Assembly: GCA_035289905.1 (NCBI GenBank)
Contig: DATDVT010000045.1
Span: 132-64,131, forward strand
Origin: Candidatus Nanoarchaeia archaeon
GTDB taxonomy: Archaea > Nanobdellota > Nanobdellia > SCGC-AAA011-G17 > GW2011-AR18
Length of the DNA stretch: 64,000 nt
Direction: 5' to 3'
Shown here: positions 1-7,892 of the stretch, in pieces
Numbering within the stretch: position 1 is the first letter of the stretch
How the letters are laid out: each line of letters opens with the position of its first letter
Notes under the pieces: generated by a model
Seen by the model: only the letters and a program-made list of their open reading frames with translations
The model's database searches: none
Told to the model about the DNA's origin: nothing
Made by a program: the position numbers and the translations under genes

Positions 1-100
1 TACGATTATATTCACCGCTATGTTCCTCTATAGTCCTTTCTATCATTAATACTGTACTTAATGTAGGAGATCTCGCTAAAGAGTTAATTTGTTTTTGCAT
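1..100 (-). CDS. 5' part of a small hypothetical (possibly winged-helix/antitoxin-like) protein; runs off the window start
   Basis: ATG at 100 reads MQKQINSLARSPTLSTVLMIERTIEEHSGEYNR with no stop before the edge. It resembles a small DPANN family with an 'R.P.L.TVLM.E' motif (recalled, not searched). TATA-like TTTATATA upstream. Confidence 0.5.
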   Translation of the reverse strand, partial: MQKQINSLARSPTLSTVLMIERTIEEHSGEYNR

Positions 101-267
101 AACATTTAATATATCAATTGATATATAAATCTTTTTATTACAAAAAATACTCTCAATAGATTTAAATACAAAAATTCAACAAAGAATTATAGATATAGAA
201 ACAAAATCAAGAAATGAGAAAACTGAAGAAAATCTAAATATTTATCTAAAACTAAGAAATAACAATA

Positions 268-798
268 TCACTCTTTATCATAATGTATTAAACTATGTAT
301 ATCATAACCCTTAAATTTTTCTCTAGGATTCAAAAAATCTAATTCTATTAAAAAACACATCCCTTCAATCTTTCCACCTAAAGATTCGATCATTTTAATC
401 ATAGCTTCAACAGTTCCACCAGTTGCAATTAAATCATCTACTATCAAAACATTATCTCCCTTTGAAATAGCATCCTTATGCATCTCAATATAATCTAAAC
501 CATATTCTTTTTCATAAGAACCTGAAATAACTTCATAAGGTAACTTACCTTTTTTACGAACAGGGACAAAACCAACACCTAATTCATAAGCAACTAAGGC
601 TCCAAAAATAAAACCTCTTGATTCAGCGCCAACTACCTTATCAATTCTTCTATTTCTAAACTTATCAGTCATTTCACGAACGGCCTTACGTAATAGATAA
701 CCATCTAAAATTAAAGGAGTTATATCTTTAAACATAATTCCTGGTTTAGGATAATTTGAAATTGTTCTTATTTTTTCTTCATATCTCATTTTGTTCAC
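268..798 (-). CDS. apt: Adenine phosphoribosyltransferase
   Basis: YPKPGIMFKDITP, GAESRGFIFGA, PVRKKGKLP and PRPP-binding loop VLIVDDLIATGGT. Confidence 0.95.
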   Translation of the reverse strand: MNKMRYEEKIRTISNYPKPGIMFKDITPLILDGYLLRKAVREMTDKFRNRRIDKVVGAESRGFIFGALVAYELGVGFVPVRKKGKLPYEVISGSYEKEYGLDYIEMHKDAISKGDNVLIVDDLIATGGTVEAMIKMIESLGGKIEGMCFLIELDFLNPREKFKGYDIHSLIHYDKE

Positions 799-1571
799 AT
801 TATCGAATTCTTAATAGCTGTTCTACATTCACATTCTAGATAATCAATTCTTGAAATAACATCTAAAATCAATTTGTTAACATTAGAAGCATTTTTTTTC
901 ATAGTAAAAAATATTTCTTCAACATTAACAATATTATCTTTCCAGCAATCATAATCAGTAATCATACACGCTGATACATAACATAACCCTAATTCTCTAG
1001 CTAAAACACATTCTGGAACTAAAGTCATTCCAATAACATCACAACCCCATGAACGAAACAAATTACTTTCAGCTTTAGTAGAAAATCTTGGACCTTCAAT
1101 AACTACAATAGTTCCTTTTCCATGAAATCTCAATCCCAAAGAAGAAGCTGATGCTTTCAATATCATTCTTAGTTTAGAACAAAAAGGTTCAGCCATAGAT
1201 ATATGACAAACCTCTCTACCATAATAGAAACTTTGTTCTCTTTTGGTAGTTCTATCAATAAACTGATCAACAAAAACAAAATCTCCTGGCCTCATATCAT
1301 CTCTTAAAGAACCAACAGCAGATGCAGCAATAACATGTGTAACACCTAATTCCTTTAAAGCCCACAAATTTGCCCTATAATTTACATTAGATGGATTGTA
1401 ACTATGTTTATCACCATGTCGAGAAATAGTAACAATATCTCTTTCATTAATTTTTCCAATATTTAAAAAACCAGAAGTCATCCCATAAGGCGTATGCATT
1501 TTTATAGTTTCAAGAGAATCAAATATTTTGGGATCATCAACACCAGATCCGCCTATCACACCAATTTTCAT
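795..1571 (-). CDS. mtnP: S-methyl-5'-thioadenosine phosphorylase (PNP/MTAP family 2)
   Basis: IGVIGGSG, RHG..H..NP..VNYRANLWALK, DQFIDRT, EGPRFSTKAES, IGMTLVPE..LARELG, TDYDCW. ATG at 1571 preferred over TTG at 1577. Confidence 0.92.
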   Translation of the reverse strand: MKIGVIGGSGVDDPKIFDSLETIKMHTPYGMTSGFLNIGKINERDIVTISRHGDKHSYNPSNVNYRANLWALKELGVTHVIAASAVGSLRDDMRPGDFVFVDQFIDRTTKREQSFYYGREVCHISMAEPFCSKLRMILKASASSLGLRFHGKGTIVVIEGPRFSTKAESNLFRSWGCDVIGMTLVPECVLARELGLCYVSACMITDYDCWKDNIVNVEEIFFTMKKNASNVNKLILDVISRIDYLECECRTAIKNSIM

Positions 1572-1629
1572 AAGCAAAATATTTCCTTTCTAATTTTAAT
1601 AATTATTAAAAAAGAACCTATACATTGAA

Positions 1630-2277
1630 TTATAACCTTTCACATAGAAATAACCAGCCGAATGGTTTTCCAATACCATTCTGTTTTTCAAGTTTATATG
1701 CCACTCTCATTGCTCTTGTTTCAGGAAGCAACTTAAAAAAATATTTAAAAGAATTATACTTAATATAACTTTGAATTTTTAAAATATTAAAACCATTTCT
1801 ATTAATTTCATTCTCAATTATATCTTTAATCTCTTTATCTAAAATATCAAAAACAAATAATCCGTTTTTCTTTAAAACTTTAAAAATTTGTTTATAAATT
1901 AAAAACCTATCAGAAATATCAAATCTATCTATAAAATCAAAAGAATAAGCTAAATCAAAAAATTCCTCTTGAAAGTTTAAATTAAAAACATCTCCTTCAA
2001 CAACAATCCATTTCTTACCAAGCAACTGTCTTGCTACACTTAACATCTCTTGACTAGAATCTAAAGCAACCCCCTGCCTAAAACCAAACAAATCTTGCTC
2101 AACTCTCCCTAAACCACAAGCTAAATCCAAAACCAAATCAGAGTTTCTTTTTAAGATTAAATTATTTAAAAATTCTGCTTGTAATCTTAAAACTAAATTC
2201 TCAAAATATTCTTCAGATTTATAGTACTTAACAACTCTCTCATCCTGATAATATCTCTTAAATTCCGATCTATCCAT
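1630..2277 (-). CDS. Class I SAM-dependent methyltransferase
   Basis: VLDLACGLGR motif I, ALDSSQEML, VEGDVFNL, LKKNGLFVF. Confidence 0.85.
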   Translation of the reverse strand: MDRSEFKRYYQDERVVKYYKSEEYFENLVLRLQAEFLNNLILKRNSDLVLDLACGLGRVEQDLFGFRQGVALDSSQEMLSVARQLLGKKWIVVEGDVFNLNFQEEFFDLAYSFDFIDRFDISDRFLIYKQIFKVLKKNGLFVFDILDKEIKDIIENEINRNGFNILKIQSYIKYNSFKYFFKLLPETRAMRVAYKLEKQNGIGKPFGWLFLCERL

Positions 2278-2311
2278 AATCCTTCCGAAAGGGTAGACTA
2301 TTTAAGATTTA

Positions 2312-2320
2312 CCAAAGGAT
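2312..2320 (+). repeat. Left target-site duplication CCAAAGGAT
   Basis: Identical 9-mer at 5276-5284, directly outside the right inverted repeat. Confidence 0.9.
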
Positions 2321-2342
2321 TTCTCTGGTGCATTAACGGGTG
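2321..2342 (+). repeat. Left terminal inverted repeat (22 bp)
   Basis: TTCTCTGGTGCATTAACGGGTG is the exact reverse complement of 5254-5275. Confidence 0.92.
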
Positions 2343-2360
2343 CTGAAAGCACCAAAAAAA
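2339..2360 (-). terminator. T7 tract followed by a small hairpin downstream of the AbrB-like gene
   Basis: Minus strand reads TTTTTTT then GGTGCT-TTC-AGCACC (6-bp stem) right after the stop at 2362. Oligo-T is the usual archaeal terminator signal. Confidence 0.35.
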
Positions 2361-2361
2361 T

Positions 2362-2526
2362 TTAATTTTTCTTTTTAATTATTAATTTCCCGTCTTTTAC
2401 TTCTCCATCTAATTCTTGTCCTGATTTCCATTTAAGCAATTCAAGAATTTTATTAGGAATAACTACCCAAGATTTAATATATTCCGTATCTCCTACTTTT
2501 CTGCTCACCTGACTTTGAAGTTTCAT
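2362..2526 (-). CDS. AbrB/MazE/SpoVT-type small DNA-binding protein (54 aa; not in the ORF track)
   Basis: MKLQSQVSRKVGDTEYIKSWVVIPNKILELLKWKSGQELDGEVKDGKLIIKKKN has the swapped-hairpin pattern V.IP..I...L.W..G..L......KLII. Its own BRE/TATA lies upstream. Confidence 0.75.
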   Translation of the reverse strand: MKLQSQVSRKVGDTEYIKSWVVIPNKILELLKWKSGQELDGEVKDGKLIIKKKN

Positions 2527-2533
2527 AGAGTTA

Positions 2534-2629
2534 TTAGATACCTATTACTTATAAATCTTTCGGTTCCTAATTTTATTACTATATAGATATATTTTAGATA
2601 CCGAAAAGTATATAAAGGTTAGATACCTA
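2534..2629. promoter_or_regulatory. Back-to-back archaeal promoters for the AbrB-like gene and transposase, with repeated TTAGATACC boxes
   Basis: Plus-strand CCGAAAAG-TATATAAA at 2601-2617; minus-strand CCGAAAGA-TTTATAAG at 2563-2548. TTAGATACC occurs at 2534, 2594 and 2619, and a variant (TTAGGAACC, minus) at 2562-2570. Confidence 0.65.
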
Positions 2630-2637
2630 AATATATT

Positions 2638-3546
2638 ATGAAAAACAAAGAAATAATCTGTCCGAAGTGCAAGAGTAAGGAAATTAAGAAAGACGGCAAA
2701 CGAAAGACAAATAATAGGGGAAAAGTCCAACGATATAAATGTAAATGTTGCTCAAATAGATTTATCACAGACCCCTTCGCAAGAATGAGAAACACCCCAC
2801 AGAAAATAACCTGTGCTTTAGATTTGTTCTTTAGGGGTTTATCTACTCGTGGAGTTCAAGAACATTTTAAGGCGTTCTTCCCACATAATTCTAACCATAG
2901 CACAATTTTAAGGTGGATTAGAAAATACTCTCTTAAAATTTCTGATTATACAGATAAACTTCAAGTTCAATCTGGCTCTTACATAGAAGTTGATGAGATG
3001 GAATTTCATAGAAGAAAAAGCCATAAAGCAAAATTAGGAATAGATAAAAACTGGTTAATAAATGGAATTGATGTTAAAACAAGATTTCTTATTAATTCCA
3101 CTTATGCAAAGAATAGAAATAAAAAAGAATTAAAATCTGTTCTAAATAAAGTAAAAGATAAAACTCAAGATAGAGTAAAAATTGTTACAACAGATGGATT
3201 AACAACTTACACTAATTTAGTTAAGAAAACTTGGGGTTATGATAACAGATTAGGAAAACACAAAATAATTCATAAAGTTGTAACAGCAAGTAAAGGTGAA
3301 GGTTTTAATATTTGGGTTGAGAGAGTTCATAATTCAATAAGACAAAGAACGCATAGTTTTAGAGGATTACACGGCTCAATTAATTCTGCTTATAGTTTAA
3401 TGAAAGGAATTGAGATATATTACAACTTTATAAAAAAGCACGAGGCATTAAACTACAAAACTCCGTCTGAGTTGGCTATTCCTGAATTAAAATTTGAAAC
3501 TCCTAATAGGTGGATGGAGTTGATTGAAAAATCCAAAACCCTATAA
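2638..3546 (+). CDS. DDE transposase with N-terminal zinc ribbon and HTH (IS6/IS1595-like, archaeal type)
   Basis: CPKC...YKCKCC zinc ribbon; HTH GLSTRGVQ...HSTILRWI; DDE residues in IEVDEM / TTDGL..Y / NIWVERVH; C-terminal HEALNYKTPSELA. Confidence 0.9.
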   Translation: MKNKEIICPKCKSKEIKKDGKRKTNNRGKVQRYKCKCCSNRFITDPFARMRNTPQKITCALDLFFRGLSTRGVQEHFKAFFPHNSNHSTILRWIRKYSLKISDYTDKLQVQSGSYIEVDEMEFHRRKSHKAKLGIDKNWLINGIDVKTRFLINSTYAKNRNKKELKSVLNKVKDKTQDRVKIVTTDGLTTYTNLVKKTWGYDNRLGKHKIIHKVVTASKGEGFNIWVERVHNSIRQRTHSFRGLHGSINSAYSLMKGIEIYYNFIKKHEALNYKTPSELAIPELKFETPNRWMELIEKSKTL

Positions 3547-3623
3547 GTTAATTATCTTGGAACACAAAAATGCAAATATTTTTTATTAGAAAGAATTATA
3601 AATCAATCTTCAATAATTTTATT

Positions 3624-4226
3624 ATGATAAAAGCAATAATCTTTGATTTGGGAGGAGTATGTTTTGAAATTGATTGGTTGAAAATTAATGATGAGATGGT
3701 TAAAAAGTTTAATATAACTACCCTTGTTAAATCAGCAGGCAATGAGAAAGCCATAACCTATTACAAGGAGGCTCTTGAAGGAAAGAGGCATCCTATTGAT
3801 ATGTTTAGGGAATTAAATAATAGAGATAACGACTTAAATGATATTATCAAATTTTACAAAGAGATGTATAAAAAATATAAGACTCACAATAAGCAGATAT
3901 ATGAATTAATTAAGAATTTAAAAAATAAATTTACCATTGTATGTCTCTCGGATACAAATGTTGTTCATTATCAAGCTCACGAAGAGCAAGGAACAATAAA
4001 GGACTTTCATCACGTATTTACTTCATTTAAAATTGGCAGTATAAAAAGAGACAAAAATACTTTTAAGAAAGTTTTAAATGAATTGTCAATAAAACCAGAA
4101 GAGACTGTTTTTATAGATGATAACGATAAGAATGTGGAAATAGCAAAGTCTTTAGGCATTAATGGAATAAAATATACTAACTATGAAGATTTGATAAAGG
4201 AATTAGAAAATCTTAAGGTTTTGTAG
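3624..4226 (+). CDS. HAD-superfamily hydrolase/phosphatase (transposon passenger)
   Basis: IIFDLGGV motif I, LSDTN motif II, K and VFIDD motif IV. ATG at 3624 follows TATA-like TTATAAAT at 3596-3603. Confidence 0.88.
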   Translation: MIKAIIFDLGGVCFEIDWLKINDEMVKKFNITTLVKSAGNEKAITYYKEALEGKRHPIDMFRELNNRDNDLNDIIKFYKEMYKKYKTHNKQIYELIKNLKNKFTIVCLSDTNVVHYQAHEEQGTIKDFHHVFTSFKIGSIKRDKNTFKKVLNELSIKPEETVFIDDNDKNVEIAKSLGINGIKYTNYEDLIKELENLKVL

Positions 4227-4287
4227 TGTAACTATAAAATGGTATCAAAAGAAAGATTTATATAGTTTTTATCTTATATGTTACAAT

Positions 4288-5160
4288 ATGGAATTTATGC
4301 TTGATTCAGCAAATTTAGAAGAGATAAAAAAAGTAAAAGATCTTGGTCTATTGGGCGGTCTAACCACAAATCCCATAATAATTCAAAAAGGGTTAACAGA
4401 ATTAGCTTACAAAGGAAACTTTTTTGATTATGCTAAAAGAATACTAGAGTTGACAGAAGATAAACCATGCTTTTTTCAAGTTGCGACACAATTCAAAGAG
4501 CAAATAATAAATCAAGCAAGATCATTATATGAAAGTTTAAAATCTTTTGGAAACGTGCATATAAAAGTTCCCATAAATACTTCATTAGCAGAAGGAGATA
4601 GTGTTTATGAGGGATTTTCTGCAATCAGAGAATTAAACTCGAAGAATGTTCCAATATTAGCCACTGCTATAGTTACTCCGGTTCAAGCTTATCTTGCTTC
4701 TGTAGCTGGAGCAAAATATGCAGTTTTAATGTTAAGGCCATATGATAATATAATTGCTGAAAATTTGGAAATAGGAGATTTAGGAGAGAGCGGATATCTT
4801 ACCAATAAAAGAGTTCTAGATGAAATGACTAAAAGAAATAAGAGTTTGGATAATTACTTGTCTGGAGAAGAGACCTTAAGGAGAGCAGGTAAAATATTCA
4901 AAGATAGGAATTTAGCAACCAAACTTTTAATCGCAGGAATTAGAAATCCCGTTCAAGCGTCTTGGGTAATGGAAACAGGGGGAGTTTCTGCAATAACTAT
5001 GCCTTATAAAGTATTCAGGAGTTTGTTCAGCCATGAAGGCACTAAAAGGTTTGTCATCTTTTCTGCTGTTCAAAATCTGCCCAAATTTGAGATTGAGATA
5101 TCCAAACGGACATTTTTGGAATGCAGGATATTTCTGCTGTTCTGTCGGAGCGGAGTTTGA
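4288..5160 (+). CDS. Transaldolase/fructose-6-phosphate aldolase family protein; C-terminus after about 5050 is chimeric (IS200-derived)
   Basis: MLDSA, GLTTNP, FFQVA, Schiff-base VHIKVP, ATAI, LIAGIRNP, TMPYKV. The last ~35 codons overlap a tnpA remnant in another frame. Confidence 0.8.
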   Translation: MEFMLDSANLEEIKKVKDLGLLGGLTTNPIIIQKGLTELAYKGNFFDYAKRILELTEDKPCFFQVATQFKEQIINQARSLYESLKSFGNVHIKVPINTSLAEGDSVYEGFSAIRELNSKNVPILATAIVTPVQAYLASVAGAKYAVLMLRPYDNIIAENLEIGDLGESGYLTNKRVLDEMTKRNKSLDNYLSGEETLRRAGKIFKDRNLATKLLIAGIRNPVQASWVMETGGVSAITMPYKVFRSLFSHEGTKRFVIFSAVQNLPKFEIEISKRTFLECRIFLLFCRSGV

Positions 5161-5206
5161 ACAAGTTTTTTCATACATAGAAAATCAACAGATGCATCAT
5201 GCGTAA
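5042..5206 (+). pseudogene. tnpA: 3' remnant of an IS200-type Y1 HUH transposase
   Basis: An alternative frame reads LKGLSSFLLFKICPNLRLRYPNGHFWNAGYFCCSVGAEFEQVFSYIENQQMHHA*. This carries the KG.SS, FW..GYF..SVG and catalytic YxxxQ (YIENQ) motifs. The N-terminal HUH half is missing. Confidence 0.85.
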
Positions 5207-5218
5207 AACTAAAGGACG

Positions 5219-5248
5219 CCTCGCCCTTTAGGGCGAGGAGGATGTCAC
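5219..5248 (+). mobile_element. IS200/IS605-family right end (subterminal hairpin + TCAC)
   Basis: CCTCGCCC-TTTA-GGGCGAGG perfect 8-bp stem followed by AGGATGTCAC, 12 bp after the tnpA remnant stop. Confidence 0.8.
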
Positions 5249-5253
5249 AAGAA

Positions 5254-5275
5254 CACCCGTTAATGCACCAGAGAA
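5254..5275 (-). repeat. Right terminal inverted repeat (22 bp)
   Basis: Exact reverse complement of 2321-2342. Confidence 0.92.
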
Positions 5276-5284
5276 CCAAAGGAT
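5276..5284 (+). repeat. Right target-site duplication CCAAAGGAT
   Basis: Identical to 2312-2320. Confidence 0.9.
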
Positions 5285-5385
5285 AAGTCTATTGTTCTCA
5301 AAAAGTAATAGAAATAAACCAACAGAAAAAAATTATAAGAAAAAATTTAACAAAAGAATATAAATTACTTATTTATCTATTTTTT

Positions 5386-6522
5386 ATGAAAATTGGCTTT
5401 TTAATCTCTTACTTTTATCCATTTGAGGGTGGAGCAGAAAACAACTGTTTTTATCTGGCAAAAGAATTAGCTAAAAATAATGAGGTTCATATATTTACTT
5501 CAGACAGAAGAGAAAATACTATTCTAAAAAAAGAAGAAATAATCGATAATATTCATATACATAGAAGCAAAACGCTCTATAGATATAAATATTATTTAAC
5601 ATTCAATCCCTCTTTATTAACAAAAATATTGAAAACTAATTTAGATATATTACATGTTCACAGCTTTGGTTTTATTTGGCATGATTTAGTTGTTTTAATA
5701 AAAAAATTAACCTCAAAAACTATTATTTTTAATACTCCACATGGACCATTTATGGCTTTAAGTTCATACACAAAAAAAGAATTAATTTTCAAAACAATTC
5801 TAGAAAACATAGAAAAAATAACAAATAAGTCATATAATAAAATAATTCAAGTAAATCCTTATCAATACAAATGGCTAACAAAAAAAGGAATAAAAAAAAG
5901 TAATATTTTATATTTACCAAATGGAATTCCAAAAGAAACAATAATTCAAGCAAATAAGAAAGAATTTATAAAAAAATATAATTTAAAAGAAAGATTTATA
6001 ATTTCTTATCTTGGAAGAATACAAAAATATAAGGGAATTGACCAGGTCTTAGGGGTTCTACCAAATATAATAAAAATTCAACCAAATATCTTATTTTTAA
6101 TTATGGGCAAAGATGCTGGTGATTTAAAACGAATAAAAGATATAATAAAAAATAATAACTTAAAAGATTATACTATGATTATAGAAAATATAAATGAAAA
6201 AGAAAAACTAGAAGGGTTGAATGCTTCAGAAATATTTATTTTTCCCTCAGAATGGGAAGCATTTGGAATAGTAACTTTAGAAGCAATGGCACAAGGCAAT
6301 GCAATAATAGCAACAAAAACAGAAGGTTCATTATTTCTAGTAGAAAAAAACAATGGCTTACTTTATGATTATAAAAACATAAAACAACTAGAATCTAAAA
6401 TAAAAGAATTATTAAATAATAGAGAAAAACTAAAAATATTACAAAAAAATAATATTAAAAAAGCAAAAAACTTTACTTGGGATAAAATAGCTAAAAAATT
6501 AGAAAATTATTATAAAAAATGA
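5386..6522 (+). CDS. Glycosyltransferase family 4 (GT-B)
   Basis: PFEGGAE, LHVH, TPHG, YLGRIQKYKG, PSEWEAFGIVTLEAMAQG. Confidence 0.92.
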   Translation: MKIGFLISYFYPFEGGAENNCFYLAKELAKNNEVHIFTSDRRENTILKKEEIIDNIHIHRSKTLYRYKYYLTFNPSLLTKILKTNLDILHVHSFGFIWHDLVVLIKKLTSKTIIFNTPHGPFMALSSYTKKELIFKTILENIEKITNKSYNKIIQVNPYQYKWLTKKGIKKSNILYLPNGIPKETIIQANKKEFIKKYNLKERFIISYLGRIQKYKGIDQVLGVLPNIIKIQPNILFLIMGKDAGDLKRIKDIIKNNNLKDYTMIIENINEKEKLEGLNASEIFIFPSEWEAFGIVTLEAMAQGNAIIATKTEGSLFLVEKNNGLLYDYKNIKQLESKIKELLNNREKLKILQKNNIKKAKNFTWDKIAKKLENYYKK

Positions 6523-7892
6523 AAATACTTTTAATATATCCAAATATTATAGAATCGCCTAAAGATATATCACATGGTCTTGCTCAATTATCAAGTATTT
6601 TAAAAAAAGAAGATCATGAAGTACAATTAATAGATTATACATTTAAACCCACAAAAAAAGAAATTATAAACAAAGTAAAAAACTTTAACCCTGATATAAT
6701 TGGGGTTACAATAGCAACAAATGATAAAGAAAATGCATTAAATATCTTAAGGTTGATTAAACCGTATACGAATGCAAAAATAATGGGTGGTGGTTTTCAT
6801 GCAACTATAGCTCCAGAAGATCTAATTAAAGAAGAAATAATAAATGGAGTATGTCTTGGGGAAGGAGAACAAGCTTTTTTAGAATTTGTAAATAATTTAC
6901 AACATAAAAAAAAGATATCAAACATAAAAAATCTTTGGTATAAAACCCCACAAGGATTAGTAAAAAATGAAATAAGAAAATTGATTCAAGATCTTGATTT
7001 ATTACCATTTCCAGATAAATCATTATTTTACTATCAAAAATATATAGATCATAATAGGGGTTTAGCAACATTTATAACTAGCAGGGGATGTCCATATCAA
7101 TGCTCTTATTGTATAAATAAAACATTACAAAATATCTATAAAGGAGAAAAATATACAAGATTTCATTCAATAGATTACCTAATTAAAGAAATAAAAGAAG
7201 TGATTACAAAATATAAAGTAAAAGAAATAGAATTTTATGATGATACTTTTACACTAGATAAAGAAAGAATAAAAGAATTTGTTGATGTATACCCAAAAGA
7301 AATTGGTTTGCCTTTCTATATTAATGCAAGAGTAAATGCAGTAACTAAAGAAGATTTTTTATTATTAAAAAAAGCTGGTTGTGTAAGAGTTTCTATAGGG
7401 ATAGAATCAGGAGATGAAAAGATTAGAAATGAAGTTTTAAATAGAAATATGTCTAATGAACAAATTATAGAGACATTTAGATGGGCTAAAGAAGCAAAAT
7501 TAAAAACATATTCATTTAATATGATAGGAATGCCCTTTGAAACAATAAACTCAATTAAAAAAACAATAAAAATAAACCAAATAATCCAACCAGATTTTAT
7601 AGGTGTATCTTTATTTAATGCATTTAAAGGTACAGAAATATATAACTTATGTGAAAAAAATAATCTGATAAAAAATAAAACAGCAAAGTCATATTTTAGA
7701 GAATCCAATGTAAAATCTATTTCAGAGAAAAAATTACAAAAAATTAGAGAATCGTTTGGTTTTCATGTTTACAAGTATAAACGACCATTTAGAGCGACAA
7801 TAGATTTAATAGATAAAAAATTCTCAAAATATCCAGAAATACAAAAAATAAAAGAGTCTTTATTAAAATATGGCATAAGAAAATTCATTTAA
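6519..7892 (+). CDS. Cobalamin-binding radical SAM protein
   Basis: N-terminal B12-binding Rossmann domain (GGFHAT, LGEGE), TSRGCPYQCSYC, FYDDTF, GIESG, MIGMPFET. Confidence 0.9.
   Translation: MKILLIYPNIIESPKDISHGLAQLSSILKKEDHEVQLIDYTFKPTKKEIINKVKNFNPDIIGVTIATNDKENALNILRLIKPYTNAKIMGGGFHATIAPEDLIKEEIINGVCLGEGEQAFLEFVNNLQHKKKISNIKNLWYKTPQGLVKNEIRKLIQDLDLLPFPDKSLFYYQKYIDHNRGLATFITSRGCPYQCSYCINKTLQNIYKGEKYTRFHSIDYLIKEIKEVITKYKVKEIEFYDDTFTLDKERIKEFVDVYPKEIGLPFYINARVNAVTKEDFLLLKKAGCVRVSIGIESGDEKIRNEVLNRNMSNEQIIETFRWAKEAKLKTYSFNMIGMPFETINSIKKTIKINQIIQPDFIGVSLFNAFKGTEIYNLCEKNNLIKNKTAKSYFRESNVKSISEKKLQKIRESFGFHVYKYKRPFRATIDLIDKKFSKYPEIQKIKESLLKYGIRKFI

Larger units (their letters stand above)
2321..5275. 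mobile_element. Cargo-carrying DDE transposon (IS6/IS1595-like transposase; AbrB-like regulator, HAD and transaldolase-family passengers; nested IS200 remnant)
   Basis: Perfect 22-bp terminal inverted repeats (TTCTCTGGTGCATTAACGGGTG / CACCCGTTAATGCACCAGAGAA), 9-bp flanking direct repeat and an internal DDE transposase. Confidence 0.9.

Noticed and set aside
2278..2296. Small hairpin (CCTT-TCGG-AAGG on the minus strand) before the methyltransferase start
   Set aside because: A 4-bp stem is too short to support a regulatory call
2545..2730. 61-aa minus-strand ORF
   Set aside because: Overlaps the transposase start and promoter region. The real divergent gene is the 54-aa AbrB-like ORF at 2362-2526.
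5056..5270. Stand-alone TnpB omegaRNA whose guide would be the transposon's own TIR (14-bp stem 5067-5080/5150-5163, 12-bp direct repeat at 5060 and 5131, terminal hairpin + TCAC)
   Set aside because: The segment is better explained as TnpA coding sequence plus an IS200 right end. No tnpB is in the window, and the putative guide mismatches the left TIR region in its first bases.
4927..5279. Minus-strand ORFs of 83 and 69 aa
   Set aside because: Antisense shadows of the aldolase/tnpA remnant and IS ends; no motifs
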